Shown: positions 38,880-52,840 of the stretch, in pieces
How positions within the stretch are numbered: position 1 is the first letter of the stretch
Layout: each line of letters starts with the position of its first letter
Assembly: GCA_028826165.1 (NCBI GenBank)
Contig: JAPDFW010000075.1
Coordinates: forward strand, 248,001-312,000
Origin: Anaeramoeba ignava BMAN
Lineage: Eukaryota; Protista; Anaeramoebae
DNA length: 64,000 bases
Reading direction: 5' to 3'
Notes under the pieces: generated by a model
What the model was told of the DNA's origin: nothing
The model's input: only the letters and a program-made list of their open reading frames with translations
The model's database searches: none
Made by a program: the position numbers and the translations under genes

Positions 38880-41800
38880 TTATTTCCTTTCAAAAGTTAA
38901 TAAGTGTCTTTGATTTTCAACTAATTCTCTAATTTTTTGAACTTGTTCAAGTCTTTGATCTATTTTTGATTTTAAATCTTTCAAATCAAACATTTCCTTT
39001 TTATGTTTTTTAAATTATTAAAAATTAAAAATTAAAAATTAAAAATTAAAAATTAAAAATTAAAAATTAAAATTACTTTTGAAATTAAACCAATATGTCT
39101 TTTAAGTTGAATAAGATGCTCAATAAATCCAATTAATAATTCAAGTAATTCAATCAATCCACTACAAATCTTATTTTCTACAACTTCATCTAATTTACCT
39201 TGTTTTTTCATCTTTTTCTGTAAATTATCAACATAATTCATTGTTTGAACAAAAAGTTTTTCAATATTAAAATAACTTAATTGAATATCATTGAAAAATT
39301 TAGTCATTTTTTCAAATTCTTGTGGAGAATCCTTTTCAAATAATTCAATATATTCTTTTTGTTTTTTTGAATCAACATTAATTTTCAAATTTGAAATTGA
39401 AAAAATATCAATATTAAAAATTTCATTCTTAATGATTTTCTGATTAATTTTTCCTTTCATATTTTCTTGTGAATCAAGATAAAAAGCCTCAAAATTAATA
39501 ATTGCTTCATGAAAAGTATCCATTTTTTTGGAGTAAAAATTAAAAATTTCAGAAATTGGTTCAGTTTCAATTTTTTGTAAATCATTTTCAAATTGATCTT
39601 CGTTTTCAATAAAAGAATCATCTCTTTCTAAAATTTGTTTTTCTTCTAAAGAATCTTCTTGAATATCATCATCATCATTATCACCATGTTTTGGAATACT
39701 ATTAGAACCATCGTTTTTGTCTACTAAATCGGATGTGAATTCTTTAGAATCAGAAAATTCATTATCATCAAAATTTTCTGAATTTGATTTTACTTTTTTG
39801 ATATTAATATTATCATTTTCATTATCAATTTTATTTTCATCTTGAATATTTTTCTCACTATTAACATTTTCATTATTATTTTCATTTTGATTTTTAATTT
39901 CATTCTTGATATTATCATTATCGCTATCACTATCAAGATTAATATTAATATCAATATTATCATCACTATTAATATTAAGATCAATATTTTCATCAGTATT
40001 AATATTAAGATCAATATTTTCATCAGTTTTATCATTTTCATTATTTTCTTTATTTTCATCATTTTCATCATTTTCATTATTTTTATCATTTTCATTATTT
40101 TTATCATTTTCATTATTTTCTTTATTTTCATTATTTTTATCAGTTTTATCAGTTTTATCAGTTTTATCAGTTTTTCATCATCATAATCACTATCTCTCTC
40201 AGTTGAATCTTCATCACTTGATTCAAAAATACTTCCTGAATTAAAATCATTTAATTCTTGAGTTTTTGTACTTTCATCATCATCATCATCTTCATCTTCA
40301 TCTTCATCATCATCATTTAAAGGATTTTGTTGAAGAGATAAACGAAGACGTTCTCTTAAATCAATTCCAGGAAGTAATCAAACTAATCGATCCATCATCA
40401 CGAATTAAAACAGGATCTTCATCAATTACTTCATGATCCGATTTGGAAAGTTCTTCTGTTTTGTTTGTTTCATCATCTGATGAGAGTTTGAACATGTCTT
40501 CTGTGTTTTCTTGAATTTCTTTGAGTTGTTGAGGTGTGAGTTTTATAGTATGACCTGAAAATTCATGAACAGATGTTTTCTTTTTATTTTGTAACGAAGT
40601 ATCATTTTTGATACCTTGATCTTCTTGAGCATCAAAACCAACACTTCGATGGTTTCTTTTGTTTCGTAATTTCTGAGGTTCTTTTGTATGCTTTTTATTT
40701 GGTAATTGACGCTGTGTTTGTGGTGATGTTTTATGATTTTGGGATTGAGTTGGTTCATGCTCTTCAGAAATTTGGGATTCATTATCACTAAGTAAACTAA
40801 GTGAATGTTCTGAGAAATCATTATTCAAATCATAATCACCATCATCATAGTCCTCACTATTTGATTCGGATTTTGAATCCGATTCATAACCATCAATTCC
40901 GTTTGAATCTCCCAGATCAATCATGTTATTCATGTGGGTGTTTAGCTCAGGAAGTGATGTTAATCCAGATGCAAGTGATGGTCCTTTTGTTATTTTTGGA
41001 TCTTCATTTGTTTTGTTCATTTCTCTGGATTTTCTTTTATCAAGTGCGAAAATATCATGAACTTCCCCAGATGTTCTTTGCTTGATTTTCTGTATCATTC
41101 GCACTGATTTAAACGATTGTTCCTGAGGAAGATTAATCTCGGGAAGAGTTTGTGTTTTTGTGTCAACTTGGAATGTTATTTTTTTCATTTTGTTGTTTCT
41201 CACAATTATATCAATTATTTGCAAAGCTGGTCCCGATTTTGATGTATTTGATAATTCAATTAATCTTGATGCCAATTCATGTGCTATTTTACCTGGAATT
41301 TCTTCATGTGAAAGTTTATGGTTTTGGAATAATATATTGAAAATGTTGAAAAACTCTCTTCTATAATTATCTGAACAAGAAACAATTGCCTGAAGTAAGA
41401 AATTAAAGATGAATGATTTGTGTGTAGGAAAGAATTCCTTAGTAATTGGTTCTTCTAGGTCTTGCAATAAATTGTTTTGGTCTTCATATTTTCCCTCTGA
41501 ATAATCTTTTAAAATGGAAGATATTTTTTCTAATTCGAATTTTTCTGCAAGATTTGCTAAATTATAGGCAACTGGATAAGTTTGATTTGCTTCCTCAGTT
41601 TTCATTAATTTGCAAATCCAAGGAAGTAATCCTAGTAAGCTTTTCAATAATCTTGAAGGACCTTTTTCAATGATTTCATCATTTTCAAAAAGTGTAAGTT
41701 TTGATAAAATTCTAAAAGTGATATCTTCAGTTCCAGAGAAGTTAAATCCTTTTAATATTAAAGGTTGAATTCCAGAAAAAGGCGGATCCCTAAATTTATA

Positions 41801-44800
41801 AATTCAAAATAAATTCAAAATAAATTCAAAATTTAAATATTAAATATTTAAATATTAAAATATTAACCATTTTTCGGGTATTGTCTGTTTTAGTTTTTGT
41901 GGAATATCCTCATTTTGTATTCCAATATCAAGAAGATTCTCAACTAAAATCAATACAAATGTAAAAACTCTTTCATGATCAGCTTGCAATAAAGCAACAG
42001 ATGCCCAAAACAAAGAAGGATAATTACTCAAACTTTCTGCACGATTTGCAATATGTTGCAAAGTGGATATAATTTCCAAAGTAAATATCATTAATTTTTC
42101 CAATGATTTTGAAGAAAGTGTCGCAAGAAGAAGATCAATAACTTCGTTGATTTGTTTTCTTGTAACATTTGTAATCAAACTGCGATAAATTTGATGAGAA
42201 CGAACACAAATATGAAGATTTGAATGTGAAAGTTCTTCTCCATAATAATTCATTTTTGTCGACCATTTAAATGCTTCATGACACCATTTTTCTTGTATTT
42301 TGGGCTTAAAAGAACGGAATAAATCAACGACTTGAATAATTAAATTTGTTAATTCCATTTGATCCTTTGCAAATGGCTCATTTGAATAAATATTTTCTCT
42401 TGAAAATAAAGGTTTTTCATCTGATGTTATTTGATCAATTAATTCGATTCCTTGATTGATTTGATTGCTTTTTAGTGAATATGGTCCATTTATAACTAAT
42501 GATAATAAAAGGTTCACAAGAAATAACTTGCAATTTTGATAAACAGCAATGTATTTATGATCGAGATTTGTGAATATCACATGAAGTAATAAAGGAAGAT
42601 GTCTGGAGTATTTTGTTTTTGCTTCCGAAACCATTTCTGATAATAAAATTATTGAAACTTCTCTACGTTTTAATTTGATTAACTGTATATTTTTTGTGTT
42701 TGATGGTGTTGTGTTTGCAACTACTGTTGGTGTAGTAAATGATATTGATTTCTCAACTATTTTTGTTTGAATATTATCAGTACTTCTATATTCATTTATT
42801 AGTAAATTTTCTTCATTGTTATTCTCTTTATCAGAATTTTTATCCTCAAGATTGCTTTTTAATTGTGAATCTGATTCAATTTCTTGATGTTTTTGGTAAC
42901 TATTATCTTTTCTGTTTTAATTTTCGAATATTTTAAATATGAATATAAATATAAATATAAATATAAATATAAATATAAATATAAATATAAATATAAATAT
43001 AAATATAAATATAAATATAAATATAAATATGAATATAAATATTTTTTCCAATTATTTATTTTGTATTTTACGGAGAATATAAATATAAATATAAATATAA
43101 ATATAAATATAAATAAAATATAAATATAAATATAAATATAAATATCTTAAATAAATAAAATAAATATTTTTGCAATAAATTTAAATATAAATATAAATAT
43201 AAATATAAATATAAATAAATAAAATTTTATAAATAATTTTTGAAATAAATTATTAAATAAATTTTTAAATAATTTTTAATTTTACGGAGAATAAATTTTT
43301 AAATTTTTTTTTGAATAAAATTTAATTTTTGAATAAGAAAAAAAAATCTCCTTTTTTTCTTCTTAAATAAATAACAATTCTTTTTGCAATTTTGAAATAA
43401 ATTATTAAATAAAATTTTTAAAATAAATTTTTAAATAATTTTTAAATAGATTTTTAAATTACATTTTCAAGTCCACTTCCAACAAGAAAATCAACAATAG
43501 CATTAGCATTAACAGCATTACTTGCTATTGCTCCCCAAACTTCTTCCATAATATCTGAATATTGTCCAAAATCTTTAGTTGTAATTTCAAGTAATGAATT
43601 AAGAATCAATATAAAATTAACAAGTATTCTAGGTTCTGATTTATCATATTTAATTTGATTCAACCATGGAACAAGATATCTCATCATAGATTTTTTTACA
43701 TACTTTTTTTTTTCAAATTGAATTAATTTATTTCAAATTAAATTTGAAAATAAATAATTTTTTTTTACTTTAACAGATTCTAAATTTAATAATTGGTGTC
43801 TCATTTGATTATCAATTAACCAATAACGTGTATTAATTTCTTTAAACATATCAAATGCCAATTCTGGTTTTTTTGATGCTAACATTCTACTTAATTGAAT
43901 CTAATAGAAGAATTTTAAATTAAATTAAATATTTTGAATTAAATTAAATATTTTGAATTAAATTAAATATTTTGAATTAAATTAAATATTTTGAATTAAA
44001 TTAAATATTTTGAATTAAATTAAATATTTTGAATTAAATTAAATATTTTGAATTAAATTAAATATTTTAAATTAAATTAAATATTTTAAATTAAATTAAA
44101 TATTTTAAATTAAATTAAATATTTTGAATTAAATTAAATATTTTAAATTAAATTAAATTGAATTAAATTAAATATTTTGAATTAAATTAAATATTTTGAA
44201 TTAAATTAAATATTTTAAATTAAATTAAATATTTTGAATTAAATTAAATATTTTGAATTAAATTAAATATTTTGAATTAAATTAAATATTTTAAATTGAA
44301 TTAAATATTTTGAATTAAATTAAATATTTTAAATTAAATTAAATATTTTAAATTAAATTAAATTGAATTAAATATTTTGAATTAAATTAAATATTTTGAA
44401 TTAAATTAAATTTTTGTTTTCTACTTGTGTCTGCATAAGTGTTTCAGGAACTCCTCCTAAACTTGGTACAAAACAAGGAAATCCTTCTAATTTTTCATTT
44501 TCAAATATCTTTGGAATAAAAAATCTTATCATTTCTGTAATTTGTCTTCTAACTTCACGATTTCTTGAAGTAATTTTAAATAGAATTAAATTCAAAATAA
44601 CTGGAATATCAATAGAAATATTATCACGAATAATGATTTCTGTTAAAGCAATAGTAAAGGCATCTGAAGATACTTCTGAATTGCTACAAAATGCTTGCTC
44701 AATATAACGAGGAAGCAAGTATTCTGTATTGTATCGAAGAAAATTTTTGATTGAAGTTTGGCCAATTACTCGAATATAATATTGTCTTGATTGTAATAAT

Positions 44801-47800
44801 CGGAAAATCCATTTAAAAACAAGCCCATCAACACTTGTATCGTTTTGATCAAAAAAAGATCCTGATAATAACATGCACATAGATTTAAGACACATGTATT
44901 CAATAGATTTCTGATCAAGCTTAAATACTCCAACATATTTTTGTTGTTCATTCATATCTTTCACTTTTTCCTTGATAAATTGACTAAATCGATCCTCCAT
45001 TTTTTGTAATAATGATGTATTTTCAATCCCACAATAATCATATAATATCAAAAATAATTCTTTCCGTTGATTTGATGGAAAATCCATTTCATTAATAATT
45101 GAAAGGTTTGCATAATGATATATTAAAAGTGCAAAATTATAAATAAGAAATGCTAAATCTGGATTGTCATTTTGCATTGGACTTAAAATGTATGTTTTGA
45201 TTTGTGTGATATATCGATAAATTGTTGTTGAAATTTCTGGATCTTTTTTGAAGTCATCAGGATCTAATAATTGCGTAAAAACTCTTAAAATTCCTGATTT
45301 ATTATTTAAAACAAATTGAAAAATAAAATAAAATTAAAATAAATTTCTTCTTTTTTTTATACCTGTTATTGATGTTAAAAGTCTTGAATTATGCTTTGAA
45401 ATTTTTTCTTTTTCTTTCTGGGAAACTATTTCTTTTATAATTGGTTCAATTTCTTGAGAAAAATAAGAAAATGCTTTTACATTCACTTGAGATAAAGCCT
45501 TTTTAAAAAGAAAAGAAAGAAAGAAAGAAAGAAAATTTTTGTTTTAAATAATAAATCAATAAATCATTTGAGAAAAAAAAATATCAAATTTATGATTTAT
45601 TCACTTACTAAAATTGCTCCATTATTATGATTTTCAAGTTTGCTTTTCAAAAAAGGAACCAAATGTTGGAATAAATTCTTAGTTGATGTTTGTAAATCTT
45701 TTTTTAAATAAAATTTTAATCCAAAATATTTAAATAAAATTTTAATTCAAAAAAAAAAATTAAAATTTACCAGGTTGTATTTGTGCTATTGATGTTGCAA
45801 GCATTGAAAAACGATACCATTTTTGAACAGTTTCAAAAAATACTTTGGATAATTTATTCGAATTAATTTTTGTTAGTACTTCCATATTAAATGAATAAAC
45901 TTTTGACAAAACCTATTGATATTATTTATTATTATTAATTATTTATTTATTATTATTTATTATTTAAAATACTTTTGGAAAACAAAATTCAACAACTTCT
46001 GGATAAAGTCTAGATAATATTTTAACCATTTTGCATAAATAAAACATCCATTTTGTTCCTTCTTCTTCTGCAATTACTTCATCAATTGTTGGTGGTTTTT
46101 GTTGCTCATTTTGTTGTTGGCGAGTAATTAACTAAATTATAAAAAGAATAAATTTGTTTTTTTTTTTTGAACATTTCATGTTTTTGAATATTTTTTTTTG
46201 AATTCAAAAATTTATAAATACTTGAACAAGTGAAGATATTTTAGTTGCATCAAGAATCACTTGACTACTAACTTCATTCCATGATTCTTCAAATATATCA
46301 ATCACACGTTGATTTTGAAATAAAAGATCGATATCATCAACTGATGAATTTTAAGATGAAAATAAAAATAAGCAATTAATTAATTAATTAATATATATAT
46401 ATAATTATTACCTTTTTCAGCATCTTTTTCAGAAGGTAATGAAACCATTTCATTTAAAACACGAATTTTGCGAAGAATTTCAAGTGATTGTTTTCGAATA
46501 TCATAATTCGTATTACAAAGGAAAATTATTGTAATACTTTCAATTTGAAAAATATCATCAATTTTTGTAGAATTATGTTCTTCTTTTGCACAATCAATCC
46601 AAATTGTGATTAATTCAGAAAATTTTGTGATTAAATCAGAAATTAATTTTGGGTAATCTTCAGGAATAGTCAGGATGTTGTTTCCAAATTCAAGAATTAA
46701 ATTCATTCTTAATTGGGGATAATTAACTATTATTTTTTTCAATGTTGTTATTGCTGAAGTTGAAATATCTTCCTTTAAATGTGTTGTATATTTCGATAAC
46801 ATTTGAAGAATTTTCTTTGGAAATGGAAGAACATGAGGAGTTACATCAATACATTGTTTAAGGATTTCTAATCCTTTTCTTTTTTCTCTAGATAAAAGCT
46901 CTTTGTCTAATAAATATTTTAATATTTTAATAATTTAATAATTTAATAATTTAATATTTTAATAATTTAATATTTTAATAATTTAATAATTTAATATTTT
47001 AATAATTTAATAATTTAATAATAATTTAATATTTTAATATTTTAATAATTTAATATTTTAATAATTTATTAATTTAATATTTTAATATTTTAATATTTTA
47101 ATATTTTAATATTTTAATATTTTAATATTTTAATATTTTAATATTTTAATATTTTAATATTTTAATATTTTAATATTTTAATATTTTAATAATTTAATAT
47201 TTTAAATTTTTAATATTTTAATATTTTTATTTTAATTTTTAATATTTTTAATATTTTAATATTTTAATATTGTTTTTTAATATTTTTAATATTTTTTATT
47301 TTATTTTAATATTTTAATAATATTTTTTTAATAATTTTTAAATTTTAAATTTTAATATTTTTAATATTTTAATATTTTAATATTTTAATATTTTAATATT
47401 TTAATATTTTAATATTTTAATATATTTTTAAATTAATTTTAATTTTAATATTTTAATAATTTAATATTTTAATATTTTAATATTTTAATATTTTAATAAT
47501 TTTAAATTTTATTTTAATATTTTAATATTTTAATATTTTAATATTTTAATAATTTAATATTTTAATATTTTAATATTTTAATATTTTAATAATTTAATAT
47601 TTTAATATTTTAATAATTTAATATTTTAATAATATTTTAAATTAATTTAATATTTTACCAGTTGGTCTTTTTTGATCTTGTGATGATGTAATTAAATTCC
47701 CAACTTGTCGATCATACAAAGTAAAATATTTCTCAACAATCGGTTTAAGTTTTGAAAAATTTTGTTCTAAATCTCCTTGATTTTGTTTTCCAATATATGT

Positions 47801-49488
47801 TATCTTTTGAGTTTTTGGATCTTCAAAATGATTTGTTATAACAAGAAGACTTCGAATTCCAAGAGAAACAGATTCTAATGAGTCAAGATTAACAAGATCA
47901 AGAACAATTTTTTCAATTGCGAATTTTAAATTCCAATTTGAAATCACACCAACAATTCCAGAAAGAAGATTTAATATAACAGGGTCTAAAAGTATATTGC
48001 TTTTCTTCTTGTGGAAAAATAATTGAGAAATAAATGAATCAATTTGACTAATAATTTTGTTTTGATCAGAATCAGCATATTTCCCAAGAAAAACTTGTAA
48101 AAATATTGAATAGCATTCAATCGCAATTGCTTTTCCATGTTTGTATTGAAACATTTTCTCAATCAAATTTGTGACTGATTTGTAATTTTGAAGAAAAAAG
48201 TTTTTTTCTGAACAAGCAAGTAAAGTAACTAATAATCTCAAATTGAAAAGTTGCTCTCGAAGTTTCTTTGATTGCTTAAATATCTTCTCAAAGGATTCTT
48301 GAACCTTTTTTTGCCATTTACTTAAATCAAGATTTGGATCGAATTCAATTGATGAAATTTTTTCAAGCATTTTTGAAATGGATTCAAAAAAGAAATGCAA
48401 ATTTGAACTTTTGAGTTTTGATGAAATTTTAAATGCTTCAGTAAGAAAATTGTAAGAAAGATATATTTCTTTTTGTGTTTGAAGATTAAAAGATGAAAAT
48501 CTCATGATCCGAATCCACATTTGCTGATTAGAATGCTTATCTTGAATATGAGGGAAAAATAGTTCTGAAATTAATTCAATTTTTTGACTTGAAATTATTT
48601 CCAAAATTTCTCCATATAAATCTCTTAAATAAATTTTGTTTGTAATATAAACTAATGATGTTGGTTCAAGTTTGTCCAATTCTAAATCTAAACTAATTAA
48701 TGACGATGAAATTATTAATAATACTTTTGATAGTATTTTTTGTGATTCTGGATTGATTGTTTTTTGTGATTCAAGTATTTTTTTAAAAGAAAAAGCAAAT
48801 AAAGCTTGTTTGAATAACTTTTTTTTTTGTTTTAAAAATAAATAAATTTTTAAATAATTTATTTTAGATTTAAAAAGAAATTTTATACTTGAATTTGTTC
48901 AATTTTAAGTTCAAAAGGATCAGCTCTTGTTGATTTTTTTCTATTATTTTGTTTTTTTAAAAGATAAATTTAAAATTTTGTCAAAATGAGAAAAAAAAAA
49001 AATTTTTCCGTTTGATTGAAAAAAGAAAAAAGAAAAAGAAAAAGAAAAAGAAGAAGAAAAAAAAAAGCAAAGAAGTAAAAAATTAAAAAAATTTTTTTTA
49101 CGCTGAAAGTCTTAAACTGCTTAAAGATTTTCTACTTTTTCTTGATATTTGAAATGATACAACTTTAACATCTTTACTTAATATTTGTTCTCTCCAGTCA
49201 ACTAACCCAGAAATTAAACTAGAAAAACAACAATCAGATATTGCTGAAATTGAACGAAGTGCAGAATTAAATTCTTCTTGATTTTCAAGAATTGGAAAGC
49301 ACAAAATGTTAAAAGATTTCTATTTTCAAAAAGGAAAAAAAAACAAATTTTATAATTTATATTTTTTTTATTTTTTTATTTTTTATTTTTTTTACTGATT
49401 TTTCAAATTTTTTAATTAAAGCTTCAGAGATTAAAATTAATTGAGTGAATAATTTATGAACTATAATATCTTGAAAACCGTTTTCCAT
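38880..49488 (-). CDS. FRY: Furry/Tao3/Mor2 (MOR2-PAG1) cell-morphogenesis scaffold, about 16 introns
   Basis: FNSALRSIS..LISGLVDWRE, YLVPWL, AKRIVIYL, HLPLLLHVIFTNLDH, RSHQIYRSL, LFWASVALLQAD, FSGIQPLILKG. Exons join via GT-AG introns, apart from a corrupted exon near 43.3 kb and indels near 40.2-40.4 kb. Confidence 0.85.
43915..44410. repeat. 19-bp intronic repeat AATTAAATTAAATATTTT(G/A)
   Basis: Direct reading, highly regular. Confidence 0.9.
46910..47650. repeat. 8-bp intronic repeat TAATATTT
   Basis: Direct reading. Confidence 0.9.
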
Positions 49489-49650
49489 TTCTTTTAAAAA
49501 TAAATGAAAATCAAAAAAAAATAAAAAAATGAAAAAAAAAATGAAAAAAATTTTATTTTCATTTTTTTTTTCAAAATTAAATTAAAACTTTAAAAACAAA
49601 TTTAAAAACAAATTTAAAAATTAAAAAATTAAAAATTTAAAAATTTAAAA

Positions 49651-51121
49651 ATGGAAATTGATTATTTCCTTGTTCTTGATTTAGAAGCAACTGTAAAAAT
49701 TAAAATTAAAATTAAAATTAAAATTAAAATTAAAATTAAAATTAAAATTAAAATTAAAATTAAAATTAAAATTAAAATTAAAAATGAATTAAATAGTGTG
49801 GACCTGGTATTTATGAAAATGTTGAAATTATTCAATTTTCTGTTGTTGTTTTAAATCTCAAAAATAATTTAATTGAAAATAAATTTGATTCTTATAGTAA
49901 AAATTTATTAATTTAATGAAAAAACAAAAAAATCCAAAATTTATTCCTATTATTTTATTATTTATTAGTTAAACCAATTATTCATCCAAAATTAACACAC
50001 TTTTGTTATAAATTAACTAAAATTACACAAGTATTTATTCAAAATAAAAATTCAAAATAAAAATTCAAAATAAAAATTCAAAATTTTTAAAATAAAAAGA
50101 AACAAGTTGATAATTCACAAATATTTAAAGAAGTTTTAATAAAATTTGAAAAATGGATGATAGAAAATGAATTTATTAAAAAAGATGGAACAAAAATAAA
50201 AAAATTTCATTTTTTAACATTTGGACCTGATGATTTTAGAAAATTTTTATTAACTCAATTAAAAATTTCACAAATTAAATCAATTCCAAGTTATTTCAAT
50301 TATTTTTTTGATTTCCAAAAATATTTCAAATTCAAAAATCAAGAAAAACAATCAAGAGGACTTAGCAAGTAAATTATATATTTTTTGAATATAATATTAA
50401 TAAATATTAATAAACTAAAATTAGTTTATTAACATATTATGGATTAGATTTTATTGGACAAGCACATAATAGTTTATATGATTGTATTAATACAGCAAGA
50501 ATTATTCAAAAACTTAATAATGAAATACCATTTAAAATAACTGAAAATGATTTAGATTCTATTTTTAGTAAAACAAAAAATTCAAAATCAAAGAAAACTA
50601 ATTTAATTGAAAATCAAAATCAAAATCAAAATCAAAATCAAAATCAAAATCAAAATAAAATTCAAAACCAAAATCAAATTCAAATTCAAAACCAAAATCA
50701 AAACCAAAATCAAATTCAAAATCAAAATCAAATTCAAAATGAAAATAAAATTCAAAACCAAAATCAAATTCAAAATCAAAATCAAATTCAAAATGAAAAT
50801 AAAATTCAAAACCAAAATCAAAATCAAATTCAAAATCAAATTCAAATTCAAAATGAAAATAAAATTCAAAACCAAAATCAAAATCAAATTCAAAATCAAA
50901 ATCAAAATCAAAACCAAAATAAAATTCAAAACCAAAATCAAAATCAAAATCAAATTCAAAATCAAATTCAAATTCAAAATCAAATTCAAATTCAAAATCA
51001 AAATCAAAATCAAAATCAAAATCAAAATCAAAATCAAAATCAAAATCAAAATCAAAATCAAAATCAAAATCAAAACAAAACAGAAGAAATACAAAACGAA
51101 ACTCAAAATCAAAACTATTAA
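49651..51121 (+). CDS. ERI1-like DEDDh 3'-5' exoribonuclease, copy A, with NQ-repeat tail; exons 49651-49692, 49797-49896, 49969-50030, 50100-50368, 50425-51121
   Basis: YFLVLDLEATC, EIIQFSVV, IKPIIHPKLTHFCYKLTKITQ, TFGPDDF, GLDFIGQAHNSLYDCINTARI (D-E-D-H-D catalytic set). Confidence 0.85.
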
Positions 51122-51709
51122 ATTCAAAAATAAAACTATTAAAATCAAATTCAAAACTATTAAAATCAAATTCAAAACTATTAAAATCAAATTCAAAATT
51201 ATTAAAATCAAAATCAAAACAAATTTAAATAGAAAATAGAAAATAGAAAATAGAAAATAGAAAATAGAAAATAGAAAATAGAAAATAGAAAATAGATGAA
51301 AAGTCTAATAAATATTAATCTAATAAAAAAATTGTTTTCAATAAAATGATCAAGTTAAAATAATTATTCAATTTAAATAAAAGCAAAAGAAAAACATTTT
51401 TGAAATTTAATTTTAAATTTAATTTTAAATTTGGAATTTTGGAATTGAATTTGATCAAAATTGTCTACTTTTTTATTTTGATCATTTTCTAATAATTTTT
51501 TAATTTATAATAACTTTTTATTAATTTTTAATTTAAAAAAAATAAAAAGTCCACTTTTTTTTGATATTTAAAAAATTTATTTTCATTTTTCATTTTTCAT
51601 TTTTCATTTTTTTCTTTTTATTTTCATTTTTTTTTTCAAAATTAAATTAAAACTTTAAAAACAAATTTAAACTTTAAAAATTAAAAATTTAAAAATTAAA
51701 AATTTAAAA

Positions 51710-52840
51710 ATGGAAATTGATTATTTCCTTGTTCTTGATTTAGAAGCAACTGTAAAAATTAAAATTAAAAATAAAAATATAATTAAAATTAAAATTAAAA
51801 TTAAAATTAAAATTAAAATTAAAATTAAAATTAAAATTAAAATTAAAATTAAAATTAAAATTAAAATTAAAATTAAAAATAAAATTAAAATTAAAATTAA
51901 AATTAAAATTAAAATTAAAATTAAAATTAAAATTAAATTTAAAATTGAAATTAAAATTAAATTTAAAAATGAATTAAATAGTGTGGACCTGGTATTTATG
52001 AAAATGTTGAAATTATTCAATTTTCTGTTGTTGTTTTAAATCTCAAAAATAATTTAATTGAAAATAAATTTGATTCTTATAGTAAAAATTTATTAATTTA
52101 ATGAAAAAACAAAAAAATCCAAAATTTATTCCTATTATTTTATTATTTATTAGTTAAACCAATTATTCATCCAAAATTAACACGATTTTGTTATAAATTA
52201 ACTAAAATTACACAAGTATTTATTCAAAATAAAAATTCAAAATAAAAATTCAAAATAAAAATTCAAAATTTTTAAAATAAAAAGAAACAAGTTGATAATT
52301 CACAAATATTTAAAGAAGTTTTAATAAAATTTGAAAAATGGATGATAGAAAATGAATTTATTAAAAAAGATGGAACAAAAATAAAAAAATTCCATTTTTT
52401 AACATTTGGACCTGATGATTTTAGAAAATTTTTATTAACTCAATTAAAAATTTCACAAATTAAATCAATTCCAAGTTATTTCAATTATTTTTTTGATTTC
52501 CAAAAATATTTCAAATCCAAAAATAAAAGAAAATATCGAATAGGACTTAGCAAGTAAATTATATATTTTTTGAATATAATATTAATAAATATTAATAAAT
52601 AAAATTAGTTTATTAACAGATTATGGATTAGATTTTATTGGGCAAGCACATAATAGTTTATATGATTGTATTAATACAGCAAGAATTTTTCAAAAACTTA
52701 GTAACGAAATACCATTTAAAATAACTGAAAATGATTTAGATTCTATTTTTAGTAAAACAAAAAATACAAAGAAAACAAAAAATAATTCTAATTCTAATTC
52801 TAATTCTAAAATCAAAATTAATGAAATATTTTATTTATAA
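51710..52840 (+). CDS. ERI1-like DEDDh exoribonuclease, copy B; exons 51710-51751, 51982-52081, 52154-52215, 52285-52553, 52609-52840 (probably continues into the RRM region via a 1-nt indel near 52810)
   Basis: Near-identical to copy A with the same four intron positions. Confidence 0.82.

Noticed and set aside
40160-40390. Programmed frameshifting in FRY
   Set aside because: Two single-base indels, one in a homopolymer; similar indels occur in several genes here, pointing to sequencing error
42912-43462. Non-canonical splicing or exon duplication in FRY (TTACGGAGAAT occurs twice; the AKRIVIYL exon lacks an AG)
   Set aside because: Sequence looks locally corrupted inside low-complexity DNA; consensus error is the simplest explanation
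38880-49488. U12-type (AT-AC or GTATCCTT) introns, sought because of the 59K homologue
   Set aside because: All reconstructed introns are GT-AG, without the U12 donor or TCCTTAAC branch consensus
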